A DNA stretch of 63,874 bases from NCBI GenBank assembly GCA_965644265.1, contig OZ286477.1, forward strand, positions 26,722,001 to 26,785,874. Direction: 5' to 3'. Position numbers and translations under genes: made by a program. The notes beneath the pieces were generated by a model. The model was not told where the DNA came from, did no database searches, and worked only from the letters and a program-made list of their open reading frames with translations. Positions 14,050 to 26,066 of this stretch are shown here, one piece after another. The first letter of the stretch is position 1; the number at the start of each line of letters is the position of its first letter. The DNA comes from Glycera tridactyla. Lineage: Eukaryota.

Positions 14050-14830
14050 TTGGCGCTAGTGCCCTCAATTTTCCGTCCACTGGCGCAGAGAAACAAACAG
14101 GCCAGCGATACAGCGGTTGATTCTCACTCGAAACCCGTCCATCCTCAATATCTCATCCCCCTCCAACACCTTCGCCACCCTCGTTCCGTTGTCCTCCTCT
14201 TCCTCTTTCTTCCTCTCCTCCTGCTCCTCACCTTTTTTCGTCTTCTTCTTCACCGTATTTTTCTTTCGTGATATAGATACACTTCCAACATCTTCCACCA
14301 TCTTCATTCAAAATCTGAAAAGAAGGGTCTGAGTTAGCCAGCTCATATCCATTGCATTGGCATCTCAATATAGCTACTTCTTCAGCTCATCACTTTCCCC
14401 ATTCTCTTTATCTTCGATCATCTCAAATTTCTTTTCTGCCTCTACTTTTACAGATTCGTCTTCCACATTCTTTCATTTTACGCCATTCATCATTCACCTA
14501 TCCCTCTGCTTTGTCTCGATACGACACATTTTAAATCGATGAGTTTCATACCATCTTCCAAGATAAGGGTCTGGACTGATCCCAATGAAATACAAGGCAT
14601 GTACGTCTCCATATAGCCACATATATTATAACAAACCTAACTACCGGAATATTCGAAGATCATATCTGTGTCCTTTGTTTTGTTCAGCGGTCGAATGGTC
14701 TGGGTATCACCCAAGATGTGACTCTCCCAGCACTAACGGTATATTCCTCCGGCAATTCTGTCCCAAATATTACACCCATTACATCTGTTTCATCCGACTA
14801 TTGTGAGATCTCACTTCATACCCTTATAAT
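14050..14830 (-). pseudogene. Decayed coding-like segment, Glu/Lys-rich
   Basis: Purine-rich minus strand: NVEDESVKVEAEKKFEMIEDKENGESDELKK and KKGEEQEERKKEEEEDNGTRVAKVLEGDEILRMDGFRVRINRCIAGLF lie in one frame with interspersed stops. Strong acceptor (ctaac...cccttcttttcag) before 14314. Confidence 0.3.
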
Positions 14831-15079
14831 TCTCCTCGTTAAGTCTTTCTATTCTTAAATACTGACTAGGGTTTTCACATCTGCATGAAACCAATCACTA
14901 TGAGAGAGGGAGAGAAATATATATATATANNNNNNNNNNNNNNNNNNNNNNNNNNNNNNNNNNNNNNNNNNNNNNNNNNNNNNNNNNNNNNNNNNNNNNN
15001 NNNNNNNNNNNNNNNNNNNNNNNNNNNNNNNNNNNNNNNNNNNNNNNNNNNNNNNNNNNNNNNNNNNNNNNNNNNNNNG

Positions 15080-16700
15080 AAACCGACTATCGATTCTACC
15101 ATACACAAAGAAACACTGAGAAGATGTACTGCTAAATATTCTATGACTACCCTTAAGTGTGCTTATGTGGAACTAGGCCAAGATCCAGTGGATAATGTAG
15201 TAGCTTTCATCGCCTAGGAAAAGTAACGATGATGGACAAGTGTGCTCTCGACTGAACCATCGTGTACTCTCATAATCAAGTTCAATACATTCCCATCAAC
15301 AATCTGAAATACTTCACATTCTACAGATGGGAGAGTAGTTCCTACTAAAGCAATACATTAATGACTAGTGATATGATAAATATATTGAGAGATTTGATAA
15401 GTAACATTCACCGAGATCTTTGTCATTTCTATTTCAGTCTATCTATGTTGTGCCTCGGTATAGCTGCGATTCCCGTCTTAGTAGAATATCACCACACGTC
15501 ATCTTATACATGTACCCACACAGGCCACACACATATGTGCACGAACACATGTACATACACACAAACATACAGACGAATACGTCACACACGCACACACCCG
15601 TTGCTCGTGTTGGAACAAAATGGCGGACCTACAGTTGGTGAACAGTTGGAGATGTATCCAGACCGTTGCGGCCATGTTGGATTGGTCTGCGCGTTCTGTT
15701 GCGCTAGAAATGTATTCACACTCATTTCTTCCAACAAAACAGCATCTAGGGTCCGCACATGGGTAGATACTCCTTCTATCAAGTTGGATACAATAAAGAT
15801 AGAGTAGGAGGGCTTTCCTGAAGCACAAAACATAATATGACCGCAGCTATGGCACCAGAATTTTCAGTGATCGCAAGGAACATGGTCACAGGGACTGTTT
15901 TCAGTCGCAATATTCTGTATGCCTATCTTATCAGCTATGTATAGAGACACGAACATCAAGATGTCTATATCTGTATAATAAACTTGTTTCCAATATGTAT
16001 ATGGTGGAGACCTCACTAGATGTTCAAGCTTGAACGTGGGTCAAGCAAAAATAGATTGCTTGAATCTAGAGTTTGGAAAATTTCACAAAGTGTCGGTAAT
16101 AGGAGACTGAACAAATGAAACAAGCTCTTTCATATGTTTTGACTTGATTTGTTTTGGTTCATATAAGGCATCCACTCGAATTCCTCGAACCTCGCATGTG
16201 TCGTGGGAATGGTCCAACCATGGGAAAAGTTGTGAGATTCGTTAATAATCTAAACTTCATGGAATGATTAATTCTCAGCAGGAATTTTGTGTCAGCTGTG
16301 CGAATCGCTGTAACTGACACCTTTTTTTGTGTATGCTGTATGAAAATATATCCCGAGAATCAAGCGCATATGGCCCTCAATATGTTCTTTGATTGATGAG
16401 ATAGTGTGTATATTTTTAATCCGTCATGGAATCTTTCTCACAATGATGTTCTTTTGGAATCATCAATTCAGGACTCGGGAATTATCATGAGGTGATTATT
16501 GTTGAATGAATCCCAGCGAAGGTTATCCTAGAAATTCATATAAAAGTCGTGGTTGATTTGGTTGGCTGTATTTGTATAATCCATCAAGCACTGATTTATA
16601 TGAAATCAGAGAAAATATTTCGAAATGATAGATGCTTCTGCTGCGGAGACCCACAACTTTTTTATGTCAATTTATGAGACCGAGTGACGGATCTAATCAC
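15080..16700 (-). pseudogene. Decayed NLR-type LRR-like modules
   Basis: Fragments SRNYSPICRM, VHDGSVESTL, HRIFSSTSSQC, CSLRSLKI, SGAIAAVILCF, HDFY, SHQSKNILRAIC, LLTNLTT. Multiple stops and frameshifts; manual match to a recalled consensus. Confidence 0.35.
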
Positions 16701-17089
16701 TAATAACCACCTTGCATATTTCATACAGTATTCAGATAATCCATGCATTCAATCATGGTCCTTATACATTGCTCATCGCGCATGGGTTTGTGTTTGTGTT
16801 AAATCGAAATTCGAATTGCAATTTGCAGAACTTAATATATGACACAGACACAATCTTGATCTCTGACAAAGGGGAATATCTGAAAAAAGTTTATTTCCTG
16901 CAAAAGAAAACGTTTTTCCATAAGTTATTTATGATTGCCGGAATATGAAATATATTTCCTAGATATTTTCAGGGGACTTCTCACAAATAATTGGCTGATT
17001 TGGTCAAAGAGTAATTCCCGAGTGTGAGGATGCTGATTTCATTCAAGGGCTGATCAGGTGAACTTCTGTACTCACAGACCAATTGTGTT

Positions 17090-17160
17090 GGATTCCTGAT
17101 TGATTGATTGAATATTTGATTGATTGACTGACTGATCGATTGACTGACTAATCGATTGAA
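17090..17160. repeat. (ATTG/ACTG)n tetranucleotide repeat
   Basis: Directly visible. Confidence 0.9.
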
Positions 17161-17819
17161 AAAGGAAGGTGATACCATCACTCAAAGCAAGTTTGATATA
17201 TTATATAATTTCATAGTCTGTCTCATTGTCTCAGTATCCTTTAATCTTGCAGGGTTTTAATATAATTCAAGCCTCACAGAATCGATCAATTAGACACAGG
17301 AACAAGCGAAATAATCTGTTATACATAGATGACATGAATCAAGTAATCCTGACTCCTGCCCTTCACAGATCGAAGTTTTGCATTATTTTCTGTGATCATA
17401 TTTCATTTTAACAAACTGGTGATGTTACTGACTGAAGCTGCGGAGATATATCGGAGGTACTATCCTGCGTATTTTCGCGAGGAACTGAAAAGAGAAAAGC
17501 TTGCTCAAAACAATGGATCTTCTCCAACACATATCCATATCGATAATTTTGTACTGGTTTCTAGGATTCTTTGTCATACAATAATACACACAGTATAAGT
17601 AAATACTGATATGTTTTCCTGACCCATGGATGAGAAACCATTGACAGTCAACGAAGCTTTGCTCATCCGTCAGAAGTCAAAATGGCGGCCATGATTGTCA
17701 ACTTTGAAACATTTGTCTTTGTTCCATAAGTTCACAATATTTCCTGTTTTTATCCTAGAATATTACGCTGAACCAGCTGAAGGATTTCATCGGGAATCTC
17801 CATTCGTTGGACAGAATAT

Positions 17820-19700
17820 GTATGATTCAGAAAATATAGTAATCTACTACACACGATGAAATTCATGAAACTATTCAAGAGCTCAGTGTCCCCACTGCGT
17901 CCTGGTGTTGCGTCCAAGATAAGATTCATTTTCGTGATATATGAATATCACCCATGCCTAATCCTATTTACAGTCCTTCATGCAAATATTAGGATGACAG
18001 CTGTGTACAGGTTTTTGTTGCGTGATAAGATACTTGGGGAGAAATCATGCTAATGCAATAGTTTGCATGTTGTGAATATTGAGTCATGTGAATAATGAGA
18101 GGATCAGTCACTCTCCGCCATTTTTTTCTATGTGATATCTTTCTTTTTGGGTGATGTACTTGAAAATTCACGGAATCCAATCTCCGTCAGCTTTTCTCCC
18201 CCATCTTGGCCAGAATCCCACTGCTTATAGTCTGCCAAAGGTTATGACGGAGGGGTAATACTTCCCTTTTCCGAGTGATACTTCGGATCCCATCGCAAAA
18301 ACTTGTACTGATACTCTTCGAAAACTTGCTTGAAATAATTGAATCACAGAATACAAGAGTAAAATACCTATGGCACTGCCTACATTGCCCTGTTTGTTAG
18401 AATCCTAACACAATGACGATGGTGCGAGTTGACATGTTATCTGTAGAACCCCTATATTCATCGGAGAATAGTCTCAAACTAAAAAATCATGAATTCAACT
18501 GAGAATATGGTTGCTCAAGGAACTAAACATGTTCCACGGTCGGATAAATGATTACTACTTCATGGCCATATCTGATATGAAAGATAATTTTCCATTTACT
18601 CACNNNNNNNNNNNNNNNNNNNNNNNNNNNNNNNNNNNNNNNNNNNNNNNNNNNNNNNNNNNNNNNNNNNNNNNNNNNNNNNNNNNNNNNNNNNNNNNNN
18701 NNNNNNNNNNNNNNNNNNNNNNNNNNNNNNNNNNNNNNNNNNNNNNNNNNNNNNNNNNNNNNNNTCTCTATCTTTCTTTGTGCTTCCATCTGAGTCGCAC
18801 CACACGTTCAAGCAGGTATTCAATATCCCTGAATTTTGATTTGTTCTCCTGCATTTTTTTTGACAGAGGTATCAATCGGATTGCATATCGATGGCAAACT
18901 TCCCATATCATTTCCCTTGACGTTTGGGCACCAAAAAGAAATAGCCTAGAAAGAGACCAGCTATGTTTTTCACATGGACATCTCAATATAGGCTCCTCAA
19001 TGCCATCAACCAACCAAACGACCAATGCATCTTGTAAAATATTATGATAAGCAAATACACGCAAACATAAATATCATCTAATTCACAATTGCTCAATGTC
19101 GTTTGAATTCTGTGGTGACAAATGAGTAGCCTTGGGATTGTAGGACAAGGGTGAGAAACCATTGAATGCTAGAGCAGTAATGAGTAGTCATACGAACAAG
19201 GTAGTTTCTGAAATACCAGTTTTTATCGCATTTCATGCGAAAAAATTCCATTGATTTCTGAAATGCGCATTCTCGATAACACTCAACCTTTTTTTTTTCT
19301 TTTTTCAAACACTCAACGTTTTATGCGACTGTATCAGATGTATTCCCAGGCATCCTACTCATGTCAGTTATATCACGAATTCTCCATCCTTGGCTAAAAG
19401 CGTGATATAGCTGAATACATGCGAGACATCTGCTGAAGTGACAGGAGCACTCTGACATCATGAGGATCTCTGAGCAATGTAGAGACGGAAAAGGAAATGA
19501 AAAGAGACAAAGCGGTAAAGCATTTAGAGCTCGTAAGAAGGAGGGAGAAGGACAAACCTGACATAAGTCTTCATATATAGCATGGTTTATCGGGCTCGTC
19601 GGAACCACCAAATGTAATAAGAGCCCGATTATATATTCAGTGCGCTCAGTTATATATGTGTAATTGATGACAACTGAATACACACCAGCTCGCATGCACA
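17820..19700 (-). pseudogene. Decayed NLR-type LRR-like modules
   Basis: LNIHNMQTIALA*FLPKYL, TSREMIWEVCH, IFYKMH...LRSLY, FSRCLACIQ, MSRMP. Includes track ORFs 18768-19064 and 19321-19701. Confidence 0.4.
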
Positions 19701-19799
19701 CATCCTTATATCTCTGTCAGTTTCTTCAGGTATCAGTCAGTTGGTCCGGCTGGTAACTCAGTCTGTCTGACAGTGGGCTCTTTCTCTCGTATATCCTTA

Positions 19800-20620
19800 T
19801 CTCTTTCTTTCTATCCATTTATATATCTATACAGCCATCAGTCCATTCCTTGCCTCTATCAATCAATCCATTCAACATCCATAAATTTGTTCAATTATAT
19901 ATGATTCCATGGCGAAGACAATCCATTTCAGATGGCATTGAAATATCCGATCAATCCATATATCAATCCATCAATCGAACCATTTGACCGTCCATATGTC
20001 CGATTATCTATCTATCTATCCGTCCATCCAGACAGCAATCCAGCCAGCCAGCAATCCATCCATTTATTCATCGATTTATCCATTCATCTAACCAACAATC
20101 CCATTCATGTATCATACATGCTCAAGCCCTTCAGCATACATTTATGCTCGAATCCATCGTTTCATTAACATATTTTTTCCCTTTTTTCGTCTCGCATTTC
20201 ATTCATACATGCGTCCATTTCTCAACATATCGACCCTCGCAGTCATCCATCCACAATTCTACCATCTGTCGTTTTTCTGATTCCTTACCACCCCCTCCCA
20301 TCGATCCTTCAATCGATACATTCATTTATCCTTTGATCGAATGATTCAACCATTCCTGAACCAATCCCATCAATCATTATCAATCTTTCCATCAATCATT
20401 CATCAATCCATCTATCTATCCATCTAATTATTGATACCTTTTGCCTATCATGCGTCCATCAATGTATGTTCATCTGTTCATCCATGTGTCAATAATGCTG
20501 TTCACCCATCGTGTCTTATATTCATTCATTCATTCATTCATTCATTCATTCATTCATCCATTCATCCATCCATTAATTCATTCATTCATTCATCCATTCA
20601 GCCATGTTATCCCAATTCAA
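19800..20620. repeat. Degenerate (ATCC/ATCT/ATTC)n low-complexity tract
   Basis: Directly visible; near-pure (ATTC)n about 20520-20600. Confidence 0.92.
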
Positions 20621-21344
20621 TCACTCGATCCTCCTGTTTAGTATTTCACTACTTGTCACCACATCGGTCAAACTTTCTGCCAATATGGTGCTCTGTGAAA
20701 TGCATTCCGTTGCATTATTCCAGTCAATGAACTAGACCAATCAATCATCCTCACTGCGTGAACCTGCACCGCGGAAATATGAATGTAGTTAGTGTACAAA
20801 GATCAGAACATTTGGATGGGGATAGCAATATCTCCACAGTGTGTGTCATTCAATTTCGCTGATCAATAAACCTGATCTCCTTCGACTTGTCTATCCAACG
20901 ATGATTATCTCTGTANNNNNNNNNNNNNNNNNNNNNNNNNNNNNNNNNNNNNNNNNNNNNNNNNNNNNNNNNNNNNNNNNNNNNNNNNNNNNNNNNNNNN
21001 NNNNNNNNNNNNNNNNNNNNNNNNNNNNNNNNNNNNNNNNNNNNNNNNNNNNNNNNNNNNNNNNNNNNNNNNNNNNNNNNNNNNNNNNNNNNNGTGAGGG
21101 TAAGGCATTTGTCCGGTTCTCTTTGAGATATTCAAACCATGGAGGGTCCGATGTGATCCTCAATTTTCGACTAAACCTTGTCAACTTGATTTTGGTTTAA
21201 CGTCCTTTCAACACCAAATGGGTCATATCGGACTACCTTGTCAAAAGTAGAGAGATATGGTTGAGTTGTAGCACGCTTAGGTAATCTCAATTCTTATGGA
21301 AAGTGCAGTTTGAGAGGTCGGGACGTATAGCCCACGAAGAATGA

Positions 21345-22711
21345 GTGCACATATGGGCCCGCGAACATTGAAATGAGTGATTCAAACTTAATTTCAAACC
21401 TATCGGTTCAAATAGTGGGTACAATTCTCATCATTGACAAAAATCCAGTCTGAATTACTTTGTGAATGAATCTACATATAGGACCTACACCAGACTTATC
21501 CAATGCAGTATAACGTGATCGAAAGCTTATCTTTCTATGTATGACGACTGCAAACAAAGGCCAGTGTGAGCCTTGAATTTGACGGTTTCAACTTCTGCTG
21601 CGATCCTAAAGCTTAAGACCAGATTTCTGATAAAAACAAATTGGTTGGACCAATACTGGATACATAGGAGCAATCAAAAGATATGCTTATATACAGTCAT
21701 GCTCTACTGACTGACATTCGGGCTCATCGCAGGGAAATCCCTGAGTCGGGAAGTGAATGGGACAAATGTCTCACACTACCTCGAACCAATGGGACAATTC
21801 TGAGGATAATGATGCATTGTTCTTACTCATCATGAAGAAGATGCTGGATTTTCCATACTATGACCTGTACACTGCAGTGAATCTCCAGACTGAGTTTTTT
21901 CTCGAAGTGAACAGACAATAGGTTACATGACATATCTCTTGAAGTACACTTGAAAGAAGCTTGAAATAAAATATATTCTGGAATCTGATGCATCTTTGGT
22001 CAGAACCATTAGGATTATTCGTCCCAAATACATCGGGACAAATGGGTCATTTGAGAATTTTTGGAGATTCGGAGAATATCCCTGTTATTCTGGTCTATAG
22101 TGATGTGGAGCAACTAGTTGTTTTTGTGAGCGCTTGCAGTGACCTCCTGCGGCATGGAGAGATGACTGTATCTGCGTCTTTGTGAGGCTGCTGCTGCTGC
22201 TGCGACCCAACTTCTATTCACACCTTTTCTTTCATCATAGGTGTAACATCTTTGCACGCATAGTCCTATCACATATCCTCGGTTGAAATGTTGAGCATGT
22301 CAGCAAGAAAATTCATTGTAATACTATGTGATAAACATAGCATATCATATCGAGGGACTTCCTTATCTGATATTTGAAGACATATTGTGGGGTATTGAAT
22401 TCCATAATGGCATGGATATCAAGTGACTCCAGTCTTTGTCAATTATATGACATATAAGCTAGTAGTACTCGTTGATTTGACACAGATTTGAAATGATTTT
22501 ATGCTTGTTATTGTCGGAACATGGTATTCAGTCAGCATACCTGCATTTCTTGGATGATGATCAACTCCCACATCTAATATCATATGACCACATGGAAATC
22601 ATATTGAGGAAATTCGGATGATGTTTGCAGAATATATTGCAAAAATGTTATGGAAACAAGGTTTGCCAGAAAATCGTTCAATTTTCAATGTTCCCGGGCC
22701 CATATGTGCAC
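21345..22711. repeat. 29-bp inverted repeat pair (1 mismatch) 1.37 kb apart
   Basis: gtgcacatatgggcccgcgaacattgaaa (21345-21373) versus tttcaatgttcccgggcccatatgtgcac (22683-22711). Confidence 0.85.
21500..22620 (-). pseudogene. Decayed NLR-type LRR-like modules
   Basis: QRLESLDIH, VAAAAAAS followed after a frameshift by TQIQS, YSPNLQK, LLHDE, PSNSRLTLAFVCS. Confidence 0.45.
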
Positions 22712-25149
22712 AATACTATCCCAATACTCAGAAATTGATGTCCTTGTTCGTCTGAGAAATGCAACAAAAAGTCAGGTTTGATATCTTATAATCCTCGAAA
22801 TTTATGCGTCTAAGGCACCATTTATTCAGTCAACAGACAATGTACACTATACCATAAAAAGCATGGGCAGCAATCCATCCCTTTTCCCATCGTAGAAATG
22901 TGACGGGGGGGGGGGGGTCATCAAGACAAGGTGTCGCTCCTAAATAGCGCATGCGCCAAAACTAGACAGAATGCAACTGACGTAGGTAAAATGGAGCTCT
23001 GGATAAAGGCTCATAAACAAGCTGAGCCACACCTACACCCTAACAAAAGAAGGAGACGGAGCCCCCCCCCCCTCTGAAAAAAAGAAGAGGAAAAGTACCC
23101 ATATCATCCCTGAAAAGGTCTTCCACCATGAATCCCTCTTGAGAGATGCGGCGAAAAGTTTGAATTAGAGTGAAGAGTTCACTTCCGGTTTGAAATGGGC
23201 TCAAAATGTGTCCATCTACAAAGGAAGGGGCCAACCAGAGGGCTTCACCAGAGGGCTTCACAAGAGATGCTGCTTATGGTATTGCTCTCANNNNNNNNNN
23301 NNNNNNNNNNNNNNNNNNNNNNNNNNNNNNNNNNNNNNNNNNNNNNNNNNNNNNNNNNNNNNNNNNNNNNNNNNNNNNNNNNNNNNNNNNNNNNNNNNNN
23401 NNNNNNNNNNNNNNNNNNNNNNNNNNNNNNNNNNNTGATTGCTTTCGGCATTTTCTAGTTCAGACATTCAAAAGATGAGATTATGATGCTTCCTTAGTTC
23501 TGATAATTGGTTACAATTCAAGAATCCTGATTCTTTGATCAAGGGGTAACACAGTCTGGAATGTTCGGTATTTGAAATAGAGCATCGGCCTTGAGACAGC
23601 CTTTGAGAGGTCCCTACTTTTCAGGATTGATTCTTCCTTCATTCCTGGCATACGTGTTTTTCAACTCAATAGGCTATCGGGATAATGATCGATATCAATG
23701 AAGCCACGGATATTGCTTGCAGTCTGGAAAAAGAATTGGGTTCGACTAGTCATTGAGCATGACCGCTTGTATTAGATGTCGTTTCAACAATGGCGATGAT
23801 GAAGACCCTGTCAGGGGTATGAGTCGTCAGATCCGATCGATCACAGACTAACAGTGTACACCTGCCTCACTGATGGGGGATAATTGTATTTTGCGGTAAC
23901 CTGGGACCCCCACTGGTCTTATATTATCCCGGTCAGGACGTGGCACCATTTCTATGGTATATACGTAGACCATCATCAAATATTCTACTTTTTTCTGGGG
24001 ATTTGTGCAACCCTCGAACCCTTGTACAATTCTCTGGCGAACATTATCGATATAAAGCATGGTTCACATTGATAAGTGTTCTACTATAAATAATAGGGTT
24101 CCTGGATTTGGGCTGAATGTGGATCCAAACTACAGGGGGTGATTACTTGTGTGGTCATCATGCTGAGTGAGGAGAAATGTGATGAGTCACCTAGAAAACA
24201 TGCAGTGGCTAAGAGATGTTCAGACAATGGAAAACTACCTAATGGCTCGGGTAGCTGTTTCATGTCTCATGAGCACCATATGGGCTACATTGAGTCGCCA
24301 ATGCGATTAGCATAGGCGTAGCAGGGTCCTTCGGAAGCCCTCCTTTTAGGACAATAACGTTATTTACTCATTTTTTTTCTCAGAAATTCAAAGTTTGAGA
24401 GCGGGAACAATTGCCAATGAGAAACTTTGCCTCATTCAACTCGACGTCAAGCTTTCAGAACTTTGTTTTGTTCTCGTTTCCAATATAAATCTACAACTGG
24501 TGGGAGGGAGTTCAGCGGGAGCGGGAGCAACAGCACTGAGGTCGAAGTTCGAAATGGTGTGATAAATTGGGTGGAGAGCTAAGCGTCTGCTATACATCTT
24601 ACAGGTAATCCTTGGCTAACGAAGGCGAGTTGTTGGCGACAAGAATGATCAGATGACGAGCCCCTGTATCGATCGACCTTACACTCATCTCGCCAAGTCG
24701 CCAGCTCTTTGACACCGAGACACCGTGCCGCTAAGACGCATTCTGATTGGACGTGCGTGAAGGTCTTGATCTATGACGTCATTATCAAGGTAAGACCAGA
24801 TCCGCTTTCAATTTCGCATTCGACCTTTTTTCATCGCATGTGCCTTGAGATCGATGGGAATCTTCCGGGATTCAGTGTGTGATAGAGGAGGGGGAGGGTG
24901 TTTGAGGAGGAGGAAGGAGGGGGTGGGTCCTGTATGAAGCCAGCATCAATAGGCATTACCTGCCAGGGGATGCTTTGTTTGAATCCGCCTGCACCTCTGT
25001 CGGAACTTTCGTTGAAAAAATCAAGCTATTTATAATGTGATTTCACTCTCCTCACAGCATTGTCACCCGCGCTGCTACCGACACTTTCTTCATTATTGAA
25101 ACGCCATTTCATCCCTTTCTCGGATCTGACAGAGGCTGCCTCGCCACAG

Positions 25150-25400
25150 TTGCCATTCCTCGATCACCTGAGCAACAACTGCAATGCTGAACAATGCATC
25201 TAACACTGTAAAAACCAAAGCACCAGAAATACGTACGTTCAAATGCACATACCAAACCCTTTCCGGTATAAATTGACAAACTACGAAGATAGTGTCGAAG
25301 CGAAAGTTGTGTTCTTCTGCACCTGACCTCTCAAGATTACATCACACATGGAAGACATGACAATCTTATTTCTTTTTCAAAAATCAGTTTCCTGCTTGAA
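25150..25400 (-). pseudogene. Possible decayed LRR-like exon
   Basis: HYLRSLSIY...LDALFSIAVVAQ ending at a CAG|gtgatc donor. Confidence 0.3.
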
Positions 25401-25969
25401 TTCATGTATGTTTGTCATCCGGTCTCAGAGAAAAATTTTGGGTGATGAAACACATGTTTGAGATCAGATGAACTGTAAATATCCATGTTCTTGCCATTTC
25501 TTACGATGTTTCTAATGGAAATTGACAATAATGATCTTGGAAAGTCCCGAATTCAGGTGCATATACCCATAAGCGGAAATGCATCTTAGCCATGGCAATC
25601 CAAATCGACGTTGCGAATGCACCATTCGCAGGTGGTATCAGAAGTGATGGATAGAAAGTTAGAAATCAAATCTCTGGTAATGTTCAAAGTTGTAATGATT
25701 CCACAGCAACCATGATTTCCTCAGTAGGCTCTGATTGGCTTTGTGTCTCTTTGATATATTCATTAGCATATAGATCTTTCCTCGTTTGATACGAGTTTTG
25801 CTGTCATTGTTCAGCAATTGATTATGATCTTCGAAAGCAATGAATGTGAGATCCTCAATATTTCTCTCACTGCTGGGTATTTTCGATCAGTATTGAACCC
25901 AATGAACTAGAAGGCATGGCTGCACACGTCGCTGACGTGCGAGGACAGAATAGTGGAGTTGCACCCTTA

Positions 25970-26066
25970 CTCTCTCTCTCTCTCTCTCTCTGTCCATCTC
26001 TTTCTCTCTCTCTCCCTCTCTCTCTGTCTCTATGCTCTCTGTCTCCCTGTCTCACTCTCTCTCTCT
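25970..26066. repeat. (CT)n microsatellite
   Basis: Directly visible. Confidence 0.97.
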
